14,883 nt of DNA from an uncultured delta proteobacterium (GTDB taxonomy: Bacteria > Desulfobacterota > Desulfomonilia > UBA1062). Of this stretch, positions 1-6,686 are shown in pieces. The stretch spans positions 1-14,883 of the forward strand of contig CAWCTR010000028.1 in NCBI GenBank assembly GCA_963798485.1. Reading direction: 5' to 3'. Made by a program: the position numbers and the translations under genes. Position 1 is the stretch's first letter. Every line of letters starts with the position of its first letter. A model generated the notes under the pieces. It had not been told where the DNA came from. It searched no databases and saw only the letters and a program-made list of their open reading frames with translations.

Positions 1-22
1 ACCAGTATCTTCCTAAATAATT

Positions 23-592
23 CTATATGGGATGGTTCTTTTCGAGTATCTCGATCTTTTTTACAAGATACTGGTTTCCAATATCCCCGGAGAGCGTCAC
101 CTTCGAATTCTTGTACATGAGGTCTGTAACCTTTATTCCCTCCATGGAGAGCTTTATCAAGGGATAATTTTTATGTGAGTTCAGATCAATAAGTTTATTT
201 ATTTGCTTTTGGGTCGTACCGTCTGCAGCAAGAAGGCTGTAGTACCGGATACTCTTTCTGGCAATATCGTGTCCTTTATTCTGCGCATCCACGAAATTGC
301 CATAGTGTACCTTTAACTGATCAGCGTCTTTCTTTGTCATGACAATTATGTGGCCATCAAGGTATTTCAAAGAATCAGGGTAAAGAAAGCGGTTGGCGGT
401 AAAGAGTACAAAGGTATCTTCCAGTGCCCCTGTTTTAATGGCTTTCACGGAATGGTCTTGTGTCATAATTTCAATGTGGTCGCCCTTATCATTGATGGTC
501 CCGCCTGTCCTGGGTGATGTGCATGCGGCCAGCAGCACAAGCATAACCGCGAAGATAGAGAAGATGGGGAAAATGCCTCGGCGTGTCTTCAT
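23..592 (-). CDS. Hypothetical lipoprotein (189 aa)
   Basis: Basic N-terminus (MKTRR), hydrophobic stretch and lipobox LAAC; AGGAGG Shine-Dalgarno 8 nt before the ATG. No family recognised. Confidence 0.8.
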   Translation of the reverse strand: MKTRRGIFPIFSIFAVMLVLLAACTSPRTGGTINDKGDHIEIMTQDHSVKAIKTGALEDTFVLFTANRFLYPDSLKYLDGHIIVMTKKDADQLKVHYGNFVDAQNKGHDIARKSIRYYSLLAADGTTQKQINKLIDLNSHKNYPLIKLSMEGIKVTDLMYKNSKVTLSGDIGNQYLVKKIEILEKNHPI

Positions 593-722
593 AATAATAT
601 CCTCCTATATATTCATGCGAACTAGATTTTCCCCTAAGAGGTCATACCACTGTATATTCAGTTGTATCTTAAGCCAGACACCAGAAGTATGAACCATGAA
701 TCCTCAAGGAAATTTCAGGAGA

Positions 723-751
723 GATATAGAGGGGGTATCATACATTGTCAA
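723..751 (-). promoter_or_regulatory. Putative sigma-70 promoter for the 23..592 lipoprotein gene
   Basis: Minus strand TTGACA (751-746), 17-nt spacer, TATATC (728-723); implies a 5' UTR of ~120 nt. Confidence 0.5.
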
Positions 752-808
752 GCAGGTATTCATTGTACATACCCATAGCAGCTACATACGCAGTGGTTTA
801 AAGTTTAC

Positions 809-879
809 GTAGGAGCGCCTTCAGGCGCGATAAGGTTGTGTGCACCCCTGATTCCTATTGCGGCTAAGGCCGCTCCTAC
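809..879. repeat. GTAG-family REP doublet (REPIN-like inverted pair)
   Basis: GTAG-GA-GCGCCT-TC-AGGCGC-GA at 809-830 and an inverted copy reading GTAG-GA-GCGGC-CTTA-GCCGC-AA on the minus strand (879-858). Each is a GTAG tetranucleotide plus a GC-rich hairpin, in intergenic DNA. Confidence 0.85.
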
Positions 880-904
880 AGGGCCTGTTACCTTAAATAG
901 AGCT

Positions 905-1510
905 TCACATGAACGGGTGAATGTGCGGAATAATCCAGATGCCTATATTCGCGAGGGCATGCACCACGAAGGGAGCCCAGATATTTTTTCTCCATTCATA
1001 GATTGAAGCAAAGAGGATGCCTCCGGTAAGCTGGATCACAGAGAGATTTCCGTGCATGGAGGCAAAAAGCAGCGACGTGAGGATAATGCACACAGATGCG
1101 CCCATCTGCTGCCTCATCCATTCATAGAGCAGCCCCCTGAAAAAGAGCTCTTCCACAAAAGGTCCGATAAGGCAGCCGATAAAGAGAAAGGATACCCATC
1201 GGTCAAGAGGCTGTGGTTGGAGCAGCAGACTCAGCAACCCTTTTTCCATGAAGATCCGCGAAACAAGGTGGGTGACAAGAACAGAGGCGCCAAAGGCCGC
1301 AGCAGCACTGAGCCCGATGACAAGCTCCTTGGAAAGCGAGGCCGTTATCAGGCCGCAGAGCCTGTATGAAAAAACAAAGATGACAGCCAGCTCGACGAGC
1401 CTGGCTGAAAGGGTGTAGAGAAAGCCGTCAACCGGGATGTATCCCGACAACAGCCTGAACCCAGCTTCTATGAGACATACCGCAAGAATGACGACCAGAC
1501 GCCTGTCCAT
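905..1510 (-). CDS. CPBP (CAAX protease/Abi family) intramembrane glutamic metalloprotease
   Basis: Multi-TM protein with motifs EELFFRG (EExxxR), FASMH (FxxxH) and HALAN (HxxxN). Start placed at ATG 1510 (MDRRLVV) rather than 1546, which lies inside the selB promoter region. Confidence 0.9.
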   Translation of the reverse strand: MDRRLVVILAVCLIEAGFRLLSGYIPVDGFLYTLSARLVELAVIFVFSYRLCGLITASLSKELVIGLSAAAAFGASVLVTHLVSRIFMEKGLLSLLLQPQPLDRWVSFLFIGCLIGPFVEELFFRGLLYEWMRQQMGASVCIILTSLLFASMHGNLSVIQLTGGILFASIYEWRKNIWAPFVVHALANIGIWIIPHIHPFM

Positions 1511-1530
1511 GGATAGATATATATAGGGTA

Positions 1531-1559
1531 TGGAATAAACGCACAAGTGCGTCTATACT
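1531..1559 (+). promoter_or_regulatory. Putative promoter of selB (leaderless arrangement)
   Basis: TGGAAT (1531-1536), 17 nt, TATACT (1554-1559), then 7 nt to the ATG at 1567; no SD sequence. Confidence 0.55.
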
Positions 1560-1566
1560 GGCTGCC

Positions 1567-3438
1567 ATGAAGAGGGTAGTCATCGGCACGGCCGGACATG
1601 TGGACCATGGCAAGACATCGCTTATCAAGGCGCTTACCGGTATTGACTGTGACCGCCTCAAGGAAGAGAAAGAGCGTGGGCTGACCATCGAGCTCGGTTT
1701 CGCCTCGCTCGTGCTCCCTGCAGGGGAGCGCGTAGGGGTGGTGGACGTACCGGGGCATGTGCGTTTTATTAAGCACATGCTCTCAGGGGCTTCAGGCATT
1801 GACCTCGTGCTGCTGGTGATCGCCGCGGATGAGGGCGTAATGCCCCAGACAAAGGAGCATGTACAGATCTGCGAGCTGCTCGGCATCAAGCGCGGGGTCG
1901 TTGCACTGACCAAAAAAGACCTCGTGGATGAAGACCTGCTGGAGCTTGCCGTCTCTGATGTGCGGGATTATATCCAAGGCACCTTCCTGAAAGACGCATC
2001 AATTATCCCGGTGAGCTCCACGACGCTTGAAGGTCTGGATGCGCTCACCAAAGAGCTCGATGCCCAGGTAGCGCTGGTGTATGAGCGGCAATCGACCGGG
2101 ATACCGGTGCTTCCTGTCGACCGCGTATTCACCATCAAGGGGTTCGGCACGGTGGTGACCGGCACGCTGAGCCGCGGAACATTCTCTCATGAACAGGAGG
2201 TCGAGGTCCTGCCTATTGGCAAGGTTGCCAGGATCCGCAACCTCCAGGTCCACGATGAAGACGTTGATAGAGCGTTTGCCGGTATGCGCACTGCGGTCAA
2301 CCTCCAGGGCGTGGGCAACGAAGAGATAGCCCGAGGTGAATGGGTCGTTCCGGCAGGGGTCTTTGATGCCACCCGTCTGCTCGATGCGAAGCTCAGCCTC
2401 CTGAGGAAGCCGGGCAGGGGGGGAATCAGGCTCTATATCGGGACAACAGAGGTTATGGGGGATATGAGCCTGCACCGGGTAGACGGCCAGGACATTGGAA
2501 GGATAAGGCTCGCTCAGCCGGTTGTGGCCTCATACGGCGACAGGTTCATCCTTCGGGCCATATCCCCTGCGGCCACTATTGGAGGAGGTATGGTGCTCAA
2601 TCCTCATCCGGCCAGGCGGTTCTCAGAAGAGGTGACCCGCGATCTCTTAAGCGATGACCCTTCAAGGCTCATCATCGGTCTGGCAAAGGATGCCGGCATG
2701 CATGGTATCTCACGCAGGGTTATCCAGGCCGTGTTCCCCGATGGGGCGTCCAAGTGGGATAAGCTCATGCAAGGCCTGCTCTCAGCCGGCGAGATCATCA
2801 AGTTCGATACGGCTGGTGAGCTCTTTGTCCATGCATTTTACCAGGCCAGGCTAAGGCAGGCCCTTATATCGCGCGTTAAGGAATATCATACAGCAAACCC
2901 GTCGTCGCCCGGCATATCAAAAGAGCATGTAAGGATGTCCGTACAGGGCGGCGTGGAGCAGAAGCTGTTCCATAAGGTCTTGCAGGATCTTGTGAAAAGT
3001 GGCGATCTGGTAGAGTCGGGGCCTACCATTTCAGCCGCCGGGTTTTCTGCATCCATGGCTGCCGACCGGAGCGAGTTGGGCGGAAAAATAACCCAGATCC
3101 TTGAGCAGGCCGGATTTGAGCCGCCAAAGATCTCCGAACTTTCTGAAATACTTCATGCCACCAGTAAAGATATCACTGAAATTCTCGGCTTTCTCAGCCG
3201 AGACCACAAGGTCGTCAAGATTAAAGACGATATGTATCTGTCCAGGCAATATGAAGAGATTCTCAAGAAACACGTAGGAGAGTTTATCCTCAAGAACCAG
3301 TCCATGGGGCCGGCTGACATGAAGACCGTCATCGGTTCGTCACGTAAATATGCAATACCCTATTTTGAGTACCTGGACCGTATCCGTTTCACCATGCGAG
3401 TGGGAGATGTCCGTAAACTTGTAGTCACAGCGAAGTAA
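1567..3438 (+). CDS. selB: Selenocysteine-specific translation elongation factor SelB
   Basis: GTAGHVDHGKT P-loop, DRLKEEKERGLTIELGF, DVPGH, TKKD, EF-Tu-like domain II (DRVFTIKGFGTVVTGT) and C-terminal winged-helix signature SRKYAIPYFEYLDR; 623 aa. Confidence 0.97.
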   Translation: MKRVVIGTAGHVDHGKTSLIKALTGIDCDRLKEEKERGLTIELGFASLVLPAGERVGVVDVPGHVRFIKHMLSGASGIDLVLLVIAADEGVMPQTKEHVQICELLGIKRGVVALTKKDLVDEDLLELAVSDVRDYIQGTFLKDASIIPVSSTTLEGLDALTKELDAQVALVYERQSTGIPVLPVDRVFTIKGFGTVVTGTLSRGTFSHEQEVEVLPIGKVARIRNLQVHDEDVDRAFAGMRTAVNLQGVGNEEIARGEWVVPAGVFDATRLLDAKLSLLRKPGRGGIRLYIGTTEVMGDMSLHRVDGQDIGRIRLAQPVVASYGDRFILRAISPAATIGGGMVLNPHPARRFSEEVTRDLLSDDPSRLIIGLAKDAGMHGISRRVIQAVFPDGASKWDKLMQGLLSAGEIIKFDTAGELFVHAFYQARLRQALISRVKEYHTANPSSPGISKEHVRMSVQGGVEQKLFHKVLQDLVKSGDLVESGPTISAAGFSASMAADRSELGGKITQILEQAGFEPPKISELSEILHATSKDITEILGFLSRDHKVVKIKDDMYLSRQYEEILKKHVGEFILKNQSMGPADMKTVIGSSRKYAIPYFEYLDRIRFTMRVGDVRKLVVTAK

Positions 3439-3459
3439 CGATCAGCTTTATTAATATAA

Positions 3460-3567
3460 CTACTTTCGTGGTATCATCTTGCGGATCAGCACAGCCCTGT
3501 CTTTGAGTTTGAGCTTCCAGTAGAGCGGACTCAGAATAAGGGTTTTTATAAGCTCTCTCTTGTTCAT
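3460..3567 (-). CDS. Putative small protein (35 aa, MNKRELIKTLILSPLYWKLKLKDRAVLIRKMIPRK)
   Basis: 3' part of the 85-aa ORF-track call; the upstream part of that call overlaps promoter elements. GAGGTG SD-like sequence at 3588-3583 (15-nt spacer, long) and a sigma-54 motif just upstream; amphipathic, basic sequence. Confidence 0.6.
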   Translation of the reverse strand: MNKRELIKTLILSPLYWKLKLKDRAVLIRKMIPRK

Positions 3568-3605
3568 ATGGTTGGCTTTATTCACCTCTTGCATAACATT
3601 GAACA

Positions 3606-3621
3606 TGCTTAAATCATGCCA
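3606..3621 (-). promoter_or_regulatory. Putative sigma-54 (RpoN) -24/-12 promoter
   Basis: Minus strand TGGCATGATTTAAGCA has exact GG-N10-GC spacing versus consensus TGGCACG-N4-TTGCW; IHF-like and UAS-like sites lie upstream. Confidence 0.65.
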
Positions 3622-3749
3622 GCAAATAAAATGCGATGATTTATCAATGATATATGCGGGAGAAGAAGGGAAGAGAGACCGGGAGAGAGGAAAAGTGACG
3701 GATTTTTTGACATACATTCATTGGGTGAGCAGATAATGAGAAGAGAGGT

Positions 3750-4406
3750 TTACTTTGGGGCAGGCCCGGAGGATGTGCACGCCCTCGATATCAAACTGTC
3801 AATATCTTCACCAAGATCTGTATCGGGATATTGTTTTTTAATGGACTGAAAGCGGGCGCATGCCGCCTTCGAGTTGCCCTTTTTCAGGTAAAACTTGCCG
3901 ATGTACACATAATATTTGGCAAGGAGAGTTCTGGCTTCTTTCAGGCTGGCTTCGGCATCCTTTTCATAGGGGGATTTCGGATAAGTCTTCATGAATCCCT
4001 CAAAGCTCTGGATTGCCTTCATGGTCTCACTCTGGTCCCGGTCCAAGGTGCCCATCTGTTTATAATGGCACATCCCGATCCGGAAGAGACAATAGCCGGC
4101 ATCGATATCAGTGGGATAGAGAAGGCGGAATTCCTCATAGTTCTTCAGGGCTAATTCATAATCCCCTTGGTTGTAATAGAGATCAGCGGTGCTAAAAATG
4201 GATTTCCGTGCAAGCTCATGGCCCGGATAATAGGTCCGAACCTGCATGAATGCCTCTGCAGCCTTGTCCACCTTGCCCTTTTTGGCGAGCTGGGAGGCTT
4301 CATCGAACAGTTCCTGGGCAGGCTTAATCTTCTCGGGCTCATGGGCGCAGCTGAAAATGAGAGATGAAAACGCTAAGAATATAATGATGGAGAGCGCCGG
4401 TCTCAT
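3750..4406 (-). CDS. bamD: Outer membrane protein assembly factor BamD (TPR lipoprotein)
   Basis: Signal peptide with lipobox-like IFSC; TPR-like repeats (YYNQGDYELALKNYEEFRLLYP), BamD motif DRDQSETMKAIQSF..FMKTYPKSPY and YIGKFYLKKG. Confidence 0.88.
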   Translation of the reverse strand: MRPALSIIIFLAFSSLIFSCAHEPEKIKPAQELFDEASQLAKKGKVDKAAEAFMQVRTYYPGHELARKSIFSTADLYYNQGDYELALKNYEEFRLLYPTDIDAGYCLFRIGMCHYKQMGTLDRDQSETMKAIQSFEGFMKTYPKSPYEKDAEASLKEARTLLAKYYVYIGKFYLKKGNSKAACARFQSIKKQYPDTDLGEDIDSLISRACTSSGPAPK

Positions 4407-4440
4407 GCGCTAGGCACCTTAAGCCAAATCGTTGCGGGAA

Positions 4441-5661
4441 TCAAGGGTGGATTTCATAGATTGAACCGTCTTTGATAGTGAGGAGATAGATGGTCTTATC
4501 TAATGCGCCATCTGAAGAAAATGACGTAGTGCCGCTAACCCCGTGGTAATTTTTCAGAGATGCCAGGTAGTCCTTCAGGGCCTCGCGAGATGGCCTTTGA
4601 GATTGTTCAAAATCCTGGAGGATGTATGCGGCGTCATAGGCGCAGGCCTCCCATACCGATGGGGTATAGTGAAAAGTGTTCGTGAATGAGCGGTTGAAAT
4701 CCTGGGCGGCACTGAGTATGGTCCCATGGTAGTAGCCACTTAAGAATACTGCATTCTCGATATATCTTCCCCCTGCCTTGAGCAGATCAGGGGTATCCCA
4801 CAGCGTTGGTCCGAAGAGGCGGATATTCTTGATATTAAGGTAGCTGATGTATGATGCGATCATGGCTGCATTCGCTGCAGTATCGGGAATGAGGATCGCC
4901 TCAATATCTCCCCCCTTACCCACGGATATATCCCCGGGCCGGCCTTTTGCAGGCGTTTTTTTGCCCCCAGAGAATAGGGTTTTCAACTGCCGTTTGAAGT
5001 CCACACTCTGAGGGGAATAGGTGATAGAATTCACGACGGTTATGCCGAAAGGGGGAGACAATCTCTGAAACTTCTCGGCAAAGGTCTTTCCGAAGCGATC
5101 ATCCGGAATCATTACGGCAAACCGCGTGATGCCCATGGATCTTGCTGCGTTAAGGAGCGCCTTGGCCTGTAAATCAATAGTGAGGAAGTTCCTGTAGCAG
5201 TAAGTCCCGATCTTTAGAGGTATCTCAGCCTGGGTGAATATTATTGCCGGCAGATGTCTTGCCTGAGCCTCCTTGCAAGCGATATCACCTGCGTGTTCCC
5301 CCACCGGCCCTAGAATTGCAACAACCTTTTGTGTGCGGTCAAGTTCATCAATGATAGAAGGGATGGAGTCCTCGTTATTGCCATAGTCCCTGATGATATA
5401 TTCTATATTTTGCGCAGGGCCGTTGGAAAAGACCCCGCCTGCCGTCTCTATCCCCTTGAGTATCTTTTGGCCTACTGATTCCCATTTTCCACTTAAGGGG
5501 AGGATAACACCAACGGCATTTCGAGGGGTTGATATAAAATTATTGTTCAATGGGTCCGGACGAGTTACAACAGAGTCAGATGCCACCATCGTTGAGGGGC
5601 CTGAAAGAATCAGGTATACGACAAATAATACTGGGAGGACTCTGGGGAATCGTGTTCTCAT
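4441..5661 (-). CDS. LpoA/LppC-like penicillin-binding protein activator / type I periplasmic-binding-fold protein
   Basis: GVILPLSGKW..GQKILKG, AILGP, AILIPD, LFGPTLW and GVSGTTSF..DG motifs of the leucine-binding/LpoA-C fold. Start reassigned to ATG 5661 (MRTRFPR plus hydrophobic segment) because a promoter lies within the longer TTG-start call. Confidence 0.8.
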   Translation of the reverse strand: MRTRFPRVLPVLFVVYLILSGPSTMVASDSVVTRPDPLNNNFISTPRNAVGVILPLSGKWESVGQKILKGIETAGGVFSNGPAQNIEYIIRDYGNNEDSIPSIIDELDRTQKVVAILGPVGEHAGDIACKEAQARHLPAIIFTQAEIPLKIGTYCYRNFLTIDLQAKALLNAARSMGITRFAVMIPDDRFGKTFAEKFQRLSPPFGITVVNSITYSPQSVDFKRQLKTLFSGGKKTPAKGRPGDISVGKGGDIEAILIPDTAANAAMIASYISYLNIKNIRLFGPTLWDTPDLLKAGGRYIENAVFLSGYYHGTILSAAQDFNRSFTNTFHYTPSVWEACAYDAAYILQDFEQSQRPSREALKDYLASLKNYHGVSGTTSFSSDGALDKTIYLLTIKDGSIYEIHP

Positions 5662-5674
5662 AACGATCCTGGAT

Positions 5675-5702
5675 ACTATATGAAGACGTTGCGCCAAGTC
5701 AA
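5675..5702 (-). promoter_or_regulatory. Putative sigma-70 promoter of the lpoA-like/bamD unit
   Basis: Minus strand TTGACT (5702-5697), 16 nt, TATAGT (5680-5675), 13 nt upstream of ATG 5661. Confidence 0.55.
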
Positions 5703-5753
5703 TGAGATGCAATCCCCTTACTGTGGGTATGCTTTCCTAAAGTTATATTTTAC

Positions 5754-5783
5754 TTGACAACTTCTTCGACACTCCATGAGAAT
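5754..5783 (+). promoter_or_regulatory. Putative sigma-70 promoter of the FYDLN gene
   Basis: TTGACA (5754-5759), 18 nt, GAGAAT (5778-5783); AAGGAG SD precedes the GTG at 5822. Confidence 0.5.
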
Positions 5784-5821
5784 AGAGTGTCAAAATACTA
5801 AACAAATCAAAGGAGACCCCT

Positions 5822-6106
5822 GTGGCCGATCTAGGGACACGGTATAAATGCTATAAGTGCGGCACGAAGTTTTATGACTTAGGCAAACCACAGCCCATGT
5901 GCCCTTCGTGTGGTGAGGACCAGAATAACGAAGAGACAAAGCGGATGCTCAAGCGAAAGAGGAAACGTTCGCTTGCAAAGGTGAAATCCGACATCAGGGC
6001 ATTGCCGGAAGAGACCGATATCCCCGTGGAAACCGATGAAAACGTGGAAGAGTATGTCCTCGACATGGAAGACATCGTCCTTGAGGAAAACGCGGATTCA
6101 GAGTAG
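5822..6106 (+). CDS. FYDLN acid domain protein (TIGR02300-like zinc ribbon with acidic tail)
   Basis: LGTRYKCYKCGTKFYDLGKPQPMCPSCG (two CxxC flanking FYDL), a basic patch and an acidic C-terminus; GTG start with AAGGAG SD. Confidence 0.9.
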   Translation: MADLGTRYKCYKCGTKFYDLGKPQPMCPSCGEDQNNEETKRMLKRKRKRSLAKVKSDIRALPEETDIPVETDENVEEYVLDMEDIVLEENADSE

Positions 6107-6132
6107 CCGGAATAGATATAGATAGATAGAAT

Positions 6133-6158
6133 GTAGGGGCGGGTCTTGTACCCGCCCT
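6133..6158 (+). repeat. Single GTAG-family REP hairpin between convergent genes (may also act as a terminator or stabiliser)
   Basis: GTAG-GGGCGGGT-CTTGT-ACCCGCCC-T: GTAG followed by an 8-bp GC-rich stem. Confidence 0.75.
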
Positions 6159-6164
6159 TAAGGT

Positions 6165-6686
6165 TCACTGCTTCTGCAGCTCTTTTGTCACTGTTTGGGT
6201 GGTTTTCTGGATATATGGCTGCATCTGTTCAGGTATGAACCCTCTGATAACACCCATTGTCTTCTTGGAATAGGGCAGTACCTTCGAATTCACTAAAATT
6301 GCGGAGTTTTGAGGCAGTATCACCTGCAGGATGGTTATGGACAGGAGCACAATGAGAAGACCTTTCACAAGTCCAAGCGCCCCTCCGAGCGCTGTGTCGA
6401 CTGCCGCCAATACAGAGGCATTGAGGATCTTCTGGACAAAATGCATGAAGACCTTTATTATTATAAAGAAGAAAAAAAAGACCACAATGAAGCCAAGGAC
6501 ACCCCGGACATCTTCCACGTGCAGAATGGAAAGAAAATGAGTGATATTCGGCGAGAACCTCTTTGCGAGGTAGAGCCCCCCGATAAGGGATACAAGGGAT
6601 GAAATGCCCTTGATCAGGCCGTGGTAAACGCCAAGACCTGTGAAGGCCACAATGACGGTGATGGTGAAGATGTCCAGTGCATTCAC
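6165..6686 (-). CDS. cvpA: CvpA family (colicin V production) membrane protein
   Basis: MNALDIF..GVYHGLIKGISSL and VDTALGGALGLVKGLL motifs, several TM segments, NSKVLP. Start reassigned to GTG 6686, overlapping the upstream TGA (GTGA). Confidence 0.88.
   Translation of the reverse strand: MNALDIFTITVIVAFTGLGVYHGLIKGISSLVSLIGGLYLAKRFSPNITHFLSILHVEDVRGVLGFIVVFFFFFIIIKVFMHFVQKILNASVLAAVDTALGGALGLVKGLLIVLLSITILQVILPQNSAILVNSKVLPYSKKTMGVIRGFIPEQMQPYIQKTTQTVTKELQKQ

Noticed and set aside
1428-3273. Many alternative-frame and antisense ORFs overlapping selB (e.g. 1428..1913, 1999..2475)
   Set aside because: Shadow ORFs of a GC-rich, strongly supported gene; no motifs or RBS.
3568-3717. N-terminal 50 codons of the 85-aa ORF 3460..3717
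   Set aside because: Overlaps the sigma-54, IHF and UAS-like elements and a low-complexity pyrimidine tract; no RBS at 3717.
6112-6130. ATAG/ATAT microsatellite-like run, similar to 1513-1526
   Set aside because: Short and low-complexity, with no regular spacers; not CRISPR and too short to call a phase-variable tract.
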